Positions 40,978 to 52,751 of a DNA stretch of 64,000 nt are shown piece after piece. Numbering within the stretch: the first letter of the stretch is position 1; each line of letters starts with the position of its first letter. Origin of the DNA: Podarcis muralis (lineage: Eukaryota); the NCBI RefSeq assembly GCF_964188315.1, contig NC_135667.1, positions 16,306,001-16,370,000 of the forward strand, written 5' to 3'. The position numbers were made by a program, and so were the translations under genes. The notes beneath the pieces are model-generated. The model searched no databases. It saw only the letters and a list, made by a program, of their open reading frames with translations, and had not been told where the DNA came from.

Positions 40978-41343
40978 AAAAGGTAAAGGACCCCTGGACA
41001 GTTCAGTCTAGTCAAAGGTGACTTTGGGGTTGCTGCACTCATCTTGCTTTCTGGCTGAGACGGTCGGCGTTTGTCCGCAGACGGCTTTCCAGGTCATGTG
41101 GCCAGCATGACTAAACCACTTCTGGCGCAACGGAACACCGTGACGGGAGCCAGAGCGCATGGAAACGTTGTTTACCTTCCCGTTGCAGTGGTACCTATTT
41201 ATCTACTTGCACTGGCGTGCTTTTGAACTGCTAGGTTGGCAGGAGCTGGGACAGAGCGCCCTGCCGTGAGGATTCGAACCGCCAACCTTCTGATCGGTAA
41301 GCCCAAGAGGCTCAGTGGTTTAGACCACAGCGCCACCCGCATC
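40978..41343 (-). mobile_element. Sauria-type SINE, antisense
   Basis: aaaggtaaaggacccct tail through to the ...agaccacagcgccacccgc head on the + strand. Same subfamily as the 527 copy. Confidence 0.85.
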
Positions 41344-41351
41344 GTCTAGGA

Positions 41352-41559
41352 CAGGGGTCTGCAACCTTTAAGACAAAAAGAGCCACTTGGACCGAAGAAA
41401 AAACAACTGGGAGCCGCAAAACCATTGCGACATTTAAAACAGTGGGGAGTGTCGGGGCACACAATGTGCCTCCTCCCCTCGCTAGTATCCGCCCCGGAGC
41501 CGCGGCAAAGGTGTAAAAGAGCCACATGCGGCTCCGGAGCTGCGGGTTGCTGACCCCTG
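41352..41559. mobile_element. hAT/Charlie-like MITE
   Basis: TIRs caggggtctgcaacc / ggttgctgacccctg. The TSD is degenerate. Confidence 0.6.
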
Positions 41560-42149
41560 GTAGGGGTTGCCAACATTTTCAGACCCCAGGGCACATTTGG
41601 ACTTTTGATCACTCACTTTGGATTTGGGTAAAAGTCAGATCCAGTGTAAAGGCTGAAAGAGAAAGTGGGAAAGGGTGTCTGTCACTTCCAGCTGTCTCCT
41701 TCAGCCCAATGTGCTTTTCCAAGGAATGCACACCGCAGGCTCACCACAGGGGCAGCAATTCTCTTTTTGAAGTCAGCCCAAATCCATAACTATCCTGTCA
41801 TTTCTTATGCAGTGAGGTATTTCGATGCACTTCCCCTCAAAACCAGCTTCAATCCGAATTAAGATGCATAATGAGTGACCTCACTGCGTTTCAAGCCAGC
41901 ACAGTGTGCACAACTATCACGTGAGTGCAAAGGATGCTGGGACTTTGGTCAAGTTCTTGACATAGCCGGTCGAGGCAGCATCTCTTGAAATTCTATTCCC
42001 GTTAGGGCCCCTCCTTGCCTTTCAATTGACAATCTGAGCTCCAATCATAACCTTCGTAGCCCCATCAATCACTCTCTTCCCCGCCCCCACAATTCATTTC
42101 GTTCTTGGTCGTTGGCTCTGACTCTCGCCTGTCTGACTCAATTTTTAAA

Positions 42150-43049
42150 TGTGACTGGCCTAGGGAAATGTCAATTAAAAATCGAAACACCATTCTTATT
42201 GGCTACTCTGGTAACACCTCACAAGCCGACAAGAAAGGTCTCTTGCCTTTCGCTGGACTGGGCAACGTCAGAAACGTTCGCGCCCACATTTTCACATCCT
42301 GGAGTTCCATTGGTTCAGGATCACGCTACTCAAAAAAGCTGACAGCTTCGGCTGCCGCTTTATTTGACGACAGCCGCCGCTTTTACTTCCCCGTTAACCG
42401 CCTATAAACATCACGTGCGTTGGTCTTTGCAGGGTTAAATTCCGCTCTCGCTGGTGATTGGACAATCCTTGCCGGTTCTTCTTCCTGTTGGCTGGTGGGC
42501 TCTTTAAGCACGCCTCTCCCCCGCCCTTTCCTTCAAATACTTTAGCCAGCTCTGTCCCGATTGGTTGAGCTTCGCCGGCCTCCCGCCTAAGAAAACGGAT
42601 TTCTGGTTTTGGGTCTATGTCTCTGATTGGCAAGTACTCCCCCGCCCTTCCTCATTTTGATCGACATCTCCTACTTCCCTTTAAGGATTGGCTGCGCACC
42701 ATAGCCCGCTCTATTCGATTGGTTTGCCCTTCGAGGAGCCCCTCCCTCATCTCCAGGCCCTCCCCACCCCTTTCTGTTCCACTTGTGCTCCATTTCAGTG
42801 ATTGGCTAAAGTCGTTTTCCTCCTTGACTCTCATTGGCTGAACTCCGGCCTAGCCTGTCTGGAGATGCGCGCGCAGCCTGGGGTGGTTGCCTCTCCTACT
42901 GCTGCTGCTACTACCAGGGCAGGGGGGAGCGCGAGGCTCTGTGCTTCCTCCTTCTCCTTCCCCACCCTCCCCTTACCACAGCTCAGGCTTTGGCTGGGTG
43001 ACTAGGGCGCATTCCCCCCCCTGTTGGGGGGGAGGGGGCCATTGTTGTT
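42150..43049 (+). promoter_or_regulatory. CpG-island promoter of TBC1D10B with a dense CCAAT-box array
   Basis: CpG-rich, with nine ATTGG pentamers between 42198 and 42837 and CACGTG at ~42412, directly upstream of the ATG at 43050. Confidence 0.75.
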
Positions 43050-46000
43050 ATGGAGACTGGTTCTGGGGACCCTCCATCACCCCCACCGAGGTATAATGCT
43101 CCTCACTCAGTGCTCCATGCCCTCAAGAAGGTGAGCCCGGCTCCTGGGGCTGTAGGGGTGCCTGCAGACAACATGACAGCTTCACCCCTGGCAACAGACA
43201 ATGCAGTAACAATGGAAGCCGTGGAAGCAGACCTGCCAACCAGCGCTACAACAGCAGCACCTTGCATTCCTACAGAAGCAACTTTAACCAAGATCACCGT
43301 AGAGATGTCTCTCATGGCTGTGGCCAACGATAACGGGACCATGGCCTTTCCTGCACAGGTGGCATCGGATGCCGTCGTTACGGACGTAATTCCGGTAGGC
43401 GACAAATCTTTCGCAGAGACGGTACCTGTGACCAATTCGGTGGATCCTGTGCCAGCCGTGGCAACAGTAAATGGAATGTCGGTGATGTCGTCCGATGATG
43501 TTGGGATGGTGTCACCAGCTGTGGCTTTGCCTAAAGAGACCATGGTGAAATCTCTCCCAGTTCCACCAGAATCGCCCACAGTGGTAGTGGTAGCGCCTAG
43601 CCCTGTGACGCCTCCTGAGAAGACTTCACCGACCACTTCGGAGGGCTTGGCACCTCACGATCTCTCCACTCCACAACTGCCCCAGGACATGGGTTCCCAG
43701 TCCAGTCTCGGAACCCCGGCACCCAGGGCTCCTCCAGCTCCTGACACATTGAGCTACTTGGATTCTGTCAGCCTCATGTCAGGCACCATGGAGTCACTGC
43801 CCGGCTCTGGATTCCTTGATGATGCTAGCTCCATGGGTTCAGATTCTGAGATCAATGGATTGGCATACCGGAGGACCGACAAATATGGCTTCCTAGGGGG
43901 CAGCCAATATGTTGGTTCAGTGTAAGTATTGGCACCAAGGTGATGAGTTTCCCATGCTGCGGGGAAGGGAGGGAGGGGAGATGTTAGTCTTTTATACAGG
44001 ACAAACAAGTTCAGCAAGATATCCAGTGATGACCACAATTCCAACTCTGGCTAGGGTGCTGGGAAAAGAATATATGATGTTCTTCCCCTAGGGGGCGCAA
44101 GCTGTCATCTTGGAAAAGTTGGGTTGTGGGGAGAATCCTAGGGATGAGAGGGATCCTTGCCTAGATTGGTACCCTGACAGCATAGGTATAACCTAAGGCA
44201 TCGCCCACAGATGCTCGTCCATCAGACTTTGTGAATGGTATCTCTCTAGTTTGGGGAGTGCTTGCTCTAATCTTTGACTTTTGGGGAATATGAGATTTTG
44301 GTTTTATTGGTTGACGTTTGGAACAGAATGTGCAGTCATTCCTCTTTAAGAAAAATCCTTATTTTTCCCCTCTAAACCTACTTCATCATCCTGTGCTTGG
44401 CATACAGCAAAGGAACAAAAAGCACTTGAGTTTCTGCAAAGAGGTGAAATACATTGATTCTCCTCTAGGCAGGAGGACAGTGTGGAGTTCAGAGGCTTCC
44501 TGATGCTCTGTAAAACAGTTGTATGAATTGGGGTGGGCGGGCTGCTGATCATGACTGTTTTGGAACTGCCTTAATTGTCTTCCTAAACCCTAGAGCTATC
44601 TCTTCAGCATGATCCTTCAATTAGATCAAGTGACTCATTTCTCCATCCAAATATGACTTGGGATTTAATCTCTGCCCTTTCCACCATAACTCTGTTTTTT
44701 CTCTTCAGCTTGGATGCTCCCCTCATTGGCCTGAAATTCAAACCATCTCTCTGGATGTGTTGTTTCACTACATGCTCTTTTGTCTTGTGACTGACCACCT
44801 TTCTTTCGTGCATGCCAGTCAGTCTTTGTCCCAAACACGGGAAGTGTTGTTGTAACATTAGTCTCAGTAGTGTGAATTTAAACTATCACATCTATTATAT
44901 TTCAGTTGTGTATTACTCTATATCCCCCAAAACCTTGGTTTGCCTCTTACTCCAGTTGCCATCGCCTCTAAATGGCCATTCCATGCATTTGTGGTGTGGT
45001 GGGAGACAAAGTTGCTCAGGGAATTCACTGTCCCAGGATGTTAGCAGGTCAAAGGTTAGACATTTTTCATATAGGATCTCTACATCTGTAGTTGCTAACT
45101 ATAGCCAAAGGAAACAATCACCTGCTCACTTGTCAGTCTTCTAACAGCTAGGAGGGAATGAGATGATGAATTGACTGATTACTGCCTTGTTGCTTTCTGG
45201 CAGTGTTAGAAATTAGCCAGGCAGGCACTAGGCATGTTTTGCAACTGACATGGGCTCAGTTGCGACCACATGGAGATCTCTGGATGCCAGGTTGGTAACT
45301 GACATCTCCATCTGGCTGGCCCCTCCACCTTTCTTACGCAGGTAAGCAGAACAGTTTCTTTATTGCATTTATATCTTGTCTTTTTCTCCAAGGAGTACAT
45401 GGTTCACCCACCTCCTCCGCCAATCCCTATAACAACCGTGTGAGGTAGGTTAAGAGGCTGTGACTGGCCCCAGGTCACCTAGGAAGCTTCATGACTGAGT
45501 GGGGTTTTGAACCCTGATCTTCCAGGTCCTAGCCCAACACTCTTAACCACTACACTGGCTTCCGTGAGTACTTCTGTTATTGGGCAGCTATATAAATTAA
45601 ATAGGTAAATAAATATGGGGAAAGCAAAACGTCACTTTGAGAAGGATATGAAATATTTCCCCTGAAGCTTGAATTTGTTTATTCTGTATTGTTTTATTTG
45701 ATGTTTTAATGTGCCGTAAACCACTTTGAGATTTTCTCTTTAAAATATAAAGTGGTGTAGAAATGAAATTAACAGAAATAATAATAATAAAGACTTCTTT
45801 GGGGGGGGTTGGGAATGGTGCCTAGACATACCATTGTGGCAACTGCAACCCAGGTTTAAGATGCCATTTGGCGATTAGCTTATATATCTGAGTTTCTAAC
45901 ACCGCTTCCTTGCTCCTCCTGGAGATGAGATGCAGGAATGGATGGACCACATTCAACTTGCCCTGTGTGCTCTTAATTGTCTTCAGACTCTCAATAAAGT

Positions 46001-49000
46001 GTATACAGCTGTGGCTGTTGAAGAGATATTCTGGGAAGAGTGCTTGGCTTTTGTTTCCTTATTTTGAAGAGCACCATTCCCCCAGTCCTCAGTTACAAGC
46101 AGCTTCTTCTAAAAGAGTTTGTCATCTACATGGGGCGAGGAAAGAAAGTGAATTAGTGCTCAGGTGATTTGTGCTGTGTGGACTGACCGATATGCTGTTG
46201 CTTTTGAAGAGCTTTTGAGCTGTTATCTATTGGAAGGTGTTTCCCCTCTTCCTCTCCATGCCAGTGTATCACTCTACCCAGACTTGTTGCCTGTTCTGGC
46301 TCTGAAAAGCTGGGAGATTCTGGGTGGGTTCAAAAGCTGACCTTTCAGGACCCGTAACTGTACAGCGGCGGTTGCCTGTGGCCTTCAGTCATGCAGTTAA
46401 GCACACTGGAAGTTTGTCTCACTACCCTGGATTCCTGAGCATAGTAATGCCAAGTGCCACTGACTGATGGATGTCTAGGGAGGTCTTTTAGCTCAAAGAC
46501 TTACCTAGCCCCCTAATCAGGTGCCACTAAAGGGTGTGGAGGAGGAAGCATTGCCTCTCCCCGGTTGCCCTGGTTTCACATGGGAGTGTGGAATAATGTG
46601 TATGGCATGTGGAACATTGTGTATTTAGAAAGTGACGTACCTGTAAACAGCCACTAACACAGGATTTGGCAGCCACCCCTAATCCTAAGAATTTTAGTTT
46701 TCTTTTAAAGAGAAAGGAAGTCTGCTGAGCTCATGTTTGATGAGGAAAACCTCATCGGAGGCCAGCCCTCTTCTCCCCCGCTAGTTTTCAACATGATATT
46801 AGACTTCCCACAAGCATCTGTTTGGCCACTTTGAGAATAGGACGCTGAATTAGAGGAGCCTTTGGCCAGATCCTTTTTTACATAGCACCTAAGGCCCTTT
46901 GTTTCCAATAGCTGGCTGGTCAAATACCCCCAGAGGGCAAGGTGGTGCTGACAGGCTTTCTCCCTATTGTTTGTCTCTAGCAATTGGAAGTATTCACTTT
47001 CTGAAAATGGGGGCGGGGCTTGGGGAGGTTCTGTTGTAAGCTGTCTAATCGCTGGAATTTTCAGCAATGCGTTGGATCCATTTTTAAAGTCTTCTTACAA
47101 GATGCAAGGATGTGGCAGGAAGAAACAGTTCCCAGTTTTGCCCACAAGAAAAGTTAGATGCAAATTAAATATGAAAACTAGTTTATGCTGGCAGTCCTAA
47201 TTTGCAGGATTGATTTCAGTTGTGGAATGCCCTTTTTAGTTGATAGTTCTGACAAGTGCAAATTCCTAGTGGTTTTGCAGTCTGCTGACCGTCAGCTTGT
47301 TCGTCTGCAGAATATGAGTTCCTAACGAGGCCTGTCTGTGTTAAGGATTAGTGGGGTGTTGTTTCGTTTCAGCTGGGGAATGCATGTAGGTGGCAGCAGC
47401 CTGGGGGGTTGCTTTCTTTGCTTGGCGGGTGTGGGACCAATTGCCTGAAGTTTCTCTTATTGGATGCAGATAAGCTGCTGTTCCTGCTCAGCCATCTGTA
47501 CCACCTTCTGTCATCTTTTGGCCGATGCTGGAACCTGTGAGGAAAGCCAGTTATTGAGGAAGAACGACTGACAAAGTAAACAGTAGTCAGTAGAAACAGA
47601 ACTATGGGTATCGGCAGCCAACAGGGTTAGAGCAGAAAAAAATGGAACCTGGGATATTGGGAGCTGAGCCGAGACAGTATTCAGGATTTGTTGTTTTGTG
47701 TTTGGTTTTCTTCCCTGCCTTATCCACATTGGTTAAAATATATCTCTTTTGATTTGTCTTAGGCTATGAAATGCAGAGGGACACGGGTGGCGCTGTGGGT
47801 AAAAGCCTCAGCACCTAGGGCTTGCCGATCGAAAGGTCAGCGGTTCGAATCCCCGCAGCGGGGTGCGCTCCTGCTGCTCGGTCCCAGCGCCTGCCAACCT
47901 AGCAGTTCGAAAGCACCCTCGGGTGCAAGTAGATAAATAGGGACCGCTTACTGGCGGGAAGGTAAACGGCGTTTCCGTGAGCGGCTCTGGCTTGCCAGAG
48001 CAGTGATGTCACGCTGGCCACGTGACCCAGAAGTGTCTCCGGACAGCGCTGGCCCCCGGCCTCTTGAGTGAGATGGGCGCACAACCCTAGAGTCTGTCAA
48101 GACTGGCCCGTACGGGCAGGGGTACCTTTACCTTTTACCTACGAAATGCAGGTTCCTCTAGCGAATTTTGGAGTGAAGTAGAGCTTTTGACTCATGGCTT
48201 GAGTACAGGGTGTGTAGGCAGCTCTGGTTCAAACTGCTGCTCAGCCACAACACTCCCCTGGGTGACCTTGGACAAGTCACTCACAGAATTGTTGTGAAGA
48301 TCAAATAAACCCCACATGTGCTGCTCTAAGTTCCATGGAAGGAAGACCAGGATAGAAATGGGGCATAGGGATGTTGGCTAAGCCCAGGGCTGCACCCACC
48401 CCAATGCGCTGTAGGAAGTGAGTGGAGGTCCCTGGCTTCTCTGCGCGTGGGCTAAAGCCTTATAGTGCTGGAGGCTTGTAGGCTGCCTTGCAGAGAAGTG
48501 GAGCCCCACAAAAGCACCAGCCACTGGTTTCCTCCGATGGGTGTGGCCGTGGGAGAAAACTGCTGTTCCTTCCCCACCAAACTCCTTCCCTGGCTTTTTT
48601 CAATTAAGCAGCCCCACCACTTCCTGTTTGGCAAACCACACTTCCTGTTTCTTGCTGGGTTCTGTTAAAGGGAGCCCTGCCCAGATCCTTCTGTATGTTC
48701 GCCTTCCTTAAGGCCTCTTAAACTGATGCAGGGTAAGGAGTGGAAGCAAGTGAAATTAGGCACCTCGCTATTCTCCCCCTCCCTTCCCCAATACAAGGAG
48801 AAGCTTGAGTTGTCTTTTTTCTTTATTTTGTGGGTTTGTATTTTGATTTTTTTTTTTAAAAAAAGGACAAGTTTGAATTGCCTGTTGCCCCGCGGCCCAG
48901 CTAACTGTGAATCACATCACGATTAGCTGAAGGGCTTCTTACTTTCACTCATGCTTATCGGAGTTATCCCCGGATACTCTTTGAAGTTTTCTTTTGTGGG

Positions 49001-52000
49001 GGAGGAGTGAGGAAAGCTGAATACATTGTGAATCTTGCATGTGCTTGTAGTCATGTAGTACACGGTTGGTGAGCCCGGAGGCAGGAATGGATAGTGGGAA
49101 ACCACAGACGCTCTGACTGGAACCTTACCCTGTAACATTTTCTCAGGTTACGCAGGAGGAAACTGCTCCATTTCTCAATGCCCTCCCACACTCTCCTTGG
49201 TGGCCACAAACCAAGAGCAATGAGTTTGACGGAACGAAAGCTCAGTCTAGGATTTTCCCATGTGTTGAGTAGAAATTACAAAGATGGTATGTTCAGGGTA
49301 GCAAGTAGAGGGTGGCTGGCTCAGAAAGTGTTTGTTACCTGCCTGGAGGGCTTGTCCTGCCAATCCCTTTTCCTAGAAGGGTCTGGAAGAGGGGGACTCG
49401 CAGGGACCATGAAGCTGGGGAGCAAGAGAAGGACACTGGGCTGGGGGAGTTTGGTGCCGTCCCAGTGGTCCCACCTCCCCAGTGCAGCTGCATAATCTGC
49501 ATTTTTCAAAAAAGGAATTTGTAGTTGTGTCCTTTTGAAAGCTCAGAAGCTGGCCAAGAGGCTGAGGGTACCAGTATATTGCATAGCCCTTTAGCTCTTT
49601 CCATGAATGTTGTGTACTTCTTGCAAAATGAGCATAATAGGCATGTATGAAACTCATTTGGCACTGAGTAGAACTGACAACCTGTTTCTCCTTAGCTCAG
49701 TATCTGCTTCCTTATCCTTTCTTCTTCTTCTTCTTCTTCTTCTTTCCCTGCAGTGAAAGCGCCATCCCAGTGGACGTGGCCAGGCAGAGGGAACTCAAAT
49801 GGCTGGACATGTTTTCCCACTGGGACAAATGGCTGTCACGCAGATTCCAAAAGGTAAGCAGAGATCAGCTTCTGAGTACCACCTTCCCGACTGTGTAGAG
49901 GGAAAGACTCCAACTGGGATCTGAGCTTTCCTTTCTTACTGAATTTTTTAATTCCTCCATCTCATTTGCAGGTTAAATTGCGCTGCCGGAAGGGGATCCC
50001 TTCTTCTCTCCGTGCCAAAGCGTGGCAACTTCTCTCAAATAGCAAGGAGCTTCTGGATCAGAATCCAGGGAAATTTGAGGTATTTCCAAGTACCTTGTCT
50101 TGGCTGCTATGCTGATGGGAGGGTGACGTCAGGCTCTCTGTTGGGAAAAGAAGAGAGAACAAGTTTTCAGCCTTTCTCCCTCTCCATTTTGTTTTGTTTT
50201 GTTTCTTGTCTGCTTTTTTCTTAGGAATTGGAACGCCAGCCTGGAGATCCCAAATGGCTAGATGTGATTGAAAAAGACCTACACAGGCAATTCCCTTTCC
50301 ACGAGATGTTTGCAGCTCGGGGAGGCCACGGGTGAGAGAACGGAAGACGGGTGGCAGGGAATGGTTTTGCTACAGTGGCCAAAAGGAGTGTCATCTAGGG
50401 TTGGGAGGTCTCCATGCTTCTCTTGTGCACCTCCAACTCTTAGGATTGCGCTTCCTCCCTGTGTACTTGAACAATTTGCCCTCTAAGGAGCCTTAGAGGT
50501 ATTGCTTCATCCCTTCCTCTCCAGCTCCCTGTGCTGGGTGCGGACGATGGGAGTTGTAGCCCACCAGGTTGGGAAAGACTGTCAGCACTCACTCAGGTTT
50601 CAGCATTCTTCCTTCTCCTGCATCCCTTCCATCTCCCACCAGAAGTAGCACAGCCCATTGGTGGTCAGACATTCATGTCTCCCACTCTCTTTTGCCTGTC
50701 CCAGGAGCATTATAGCCTGTGCTTTCCATTGGAGGCCCAGCCCTTATTTGCGGCCTAGTCTTGAGTTAGCAGTGGCACTGCCTAGAGGCCAAAGACCTAC
50801 GTCACACCTTCCAATCCTTCCCTGAGCCTGCTGGGTCCCATTTTGAATCTGATGCCCCTTCAAGGCTAGGAGAGAGGTTCTGGATCCCTGGTCCTCACCC
50901 TTCTCTTCCGTCGCAGGCAGCAGGACCTCTACCGCATTCTGAAGGCCTACACCATCTACCGGCCAGAAGAAGGCTACTGCCAGGCACAGGCACCCGTGGC
51001 CGCGGTTTTGCTGATGCATATGCCTGCAGAGGTGAGGAGCTCCTTCATGACACTGTGTGACAGAGGGAGGGACAGCGGACACCTTGAGAATGTGGGTTCT
51101 CTGAAAAAGAAAAGGCTGGGATGTGGTGGATGAGGTTTGGGAGGAGCCGAAGTTTGTATATGCTGGGAAGAATCTTCAGCAGGGTAAGTGGGAGAGTGGA
51201 GAGCATCCTGACTCCAAAACTCTTGGGGTCTTGGTGTTGGTAAGGAGAGGGTCTTTTACACCAGGCCTACCCAGTGGTTCCTTCTCTGCTAGAAACCATT
51301 CTTTGTGCTGCTGAGGCAGTGGGCAGGGGAGCCGGCACCTTGCTCCATGCTCTCAGAGACACCTAAGAAAAGCCCTGCTGGGTCAGACCAGAGGCTTGTC
51401 TGGCCCAGAATGCTGTTCTCAGCTGCAGCCTTTTTTTCTATATGACACTGAGCATGTGCAGTGGGCTTGTTTGTTAAATTGATGATTACATCCACATCCC
51501 TTCTTTTCCCCAAGGAGCACAAGCTGATGGGGAGGCCTCCTCCCACTCCTCATTTTATCCTCACAGCAAGTAGGCTAGGCCGAGAGCTGATGACGGCCAG
51601 GCCGAGGTCACCCGGCTGAGTGGGGATTTGAACCCTGGACTCCCAGGTTCTTGCCCAGCATTTTAATCGCCAAACCAAACAGATGCCTCAGAGCCTCCAA
51701 ACTCAAACTCTAGTCTTGCAGCAATCTTTATGACTGCGCACAGGCCCTCAAGGCATGTCTACCAGGAGATAAGGGTCTGTTGGGCACTCTCTCAACCCCA
51801 CCCCCCTCTGGCAACCCTGCCACTTTTCGGCCCTGTTACTTAGTCTCAGGCCAGTTGTCAACACCCTTACATTGCCCAACGTAGAAATATAGCCATGGTA
51901 TTTCAGCAGGATTTATAAGGCCCACAGCAATCCATCGGTAGTGCCTTGTTTATTCATCTCCAGTGGAAGTCAAGGGCTGTAGCTCAGCAGCTGAGCACCT

Positions 52001-52709
52001 GCTTTGCATGCAGAAGGTCGCAGGTTGAATCCTTGACTCCTCAAGGTAGGCCTGGGAAATACTCCCTTCCTGCAGCCATGCAGAGCCACTGCCGGTCAGC
52101 GTAGATAATGCTGTGCTAGATAGACCAATGGTCCGACCCAATATAACGCAGCTTCCTTTGTTCTTCTTTTTGGACGTTGGTTGCTTGTGTGCCACCTGCA
52201 CAGTACTGCAAAGGATATATGGCAGCCAGAACAGAGGAGGTAACTCTCTGAGCTGTCCTTCCTGAATGCACTAGTAGGGGTTTATTGCATGCAATGAACT
52301 AGTGGAAGGACTGCCTTAGCCTGGAGGGTATGACTGCCCAGGTTATCAGTGTTGAGAGTTTCTGTTTCTCTGTCTCTTCAGCAAGCTTTCTGGTGCCTGG
52401 TGCAAATCTGTGAGAAATACCTCCCTGGCTATTACAGCGCTGGACTGGTGAGTACGGCTGTGGTCCTGTGAGGAAGGGCAGTAGGTCCAGGGCATTTCCA
52501 CAGAGCTTCTTTACGGGGAAATGTCTTCTGCACTCTTCAAAAAACACACACTAATGAATAGACGTTTCCCCCCACTACTACTTCACTGGAATGTCTGCTT
52601 AGCAGTGTCCTGCAAGAACCGCCCAGTATCTTCCTGTTCTCTACTTTTCTGGAGAGGAATGAGACTTGCCCTCCTGGGAAAGGACGGGAGGCTTGTAGTC
52701 TGGTAACAT

Positions 52710-52751
<42 letters not shown>

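Noticed and set aside
43103-43636. 177-aa minus-strand ORF
   Set aside because: Antisense to TBC1D10B exon 1, low complexity, with no recognisable domain.
48898-48930. Small hairpin cagctaa...ttagctg in TBC1D10B intron 1
   Set aside because: The stem is too short (7+4 bp) for a pre-miRNA, and there are no snoRNA box motifs.
52711-52746. Polyglutamine or polyleucine coding tract
   Set aside because: It lies in TBC1D10B intron 6 with no supportive splice sites. The same applies to the other microsatellite-derived ORFs (poly-CV, poly-RE, poly-I, poly-F/K).
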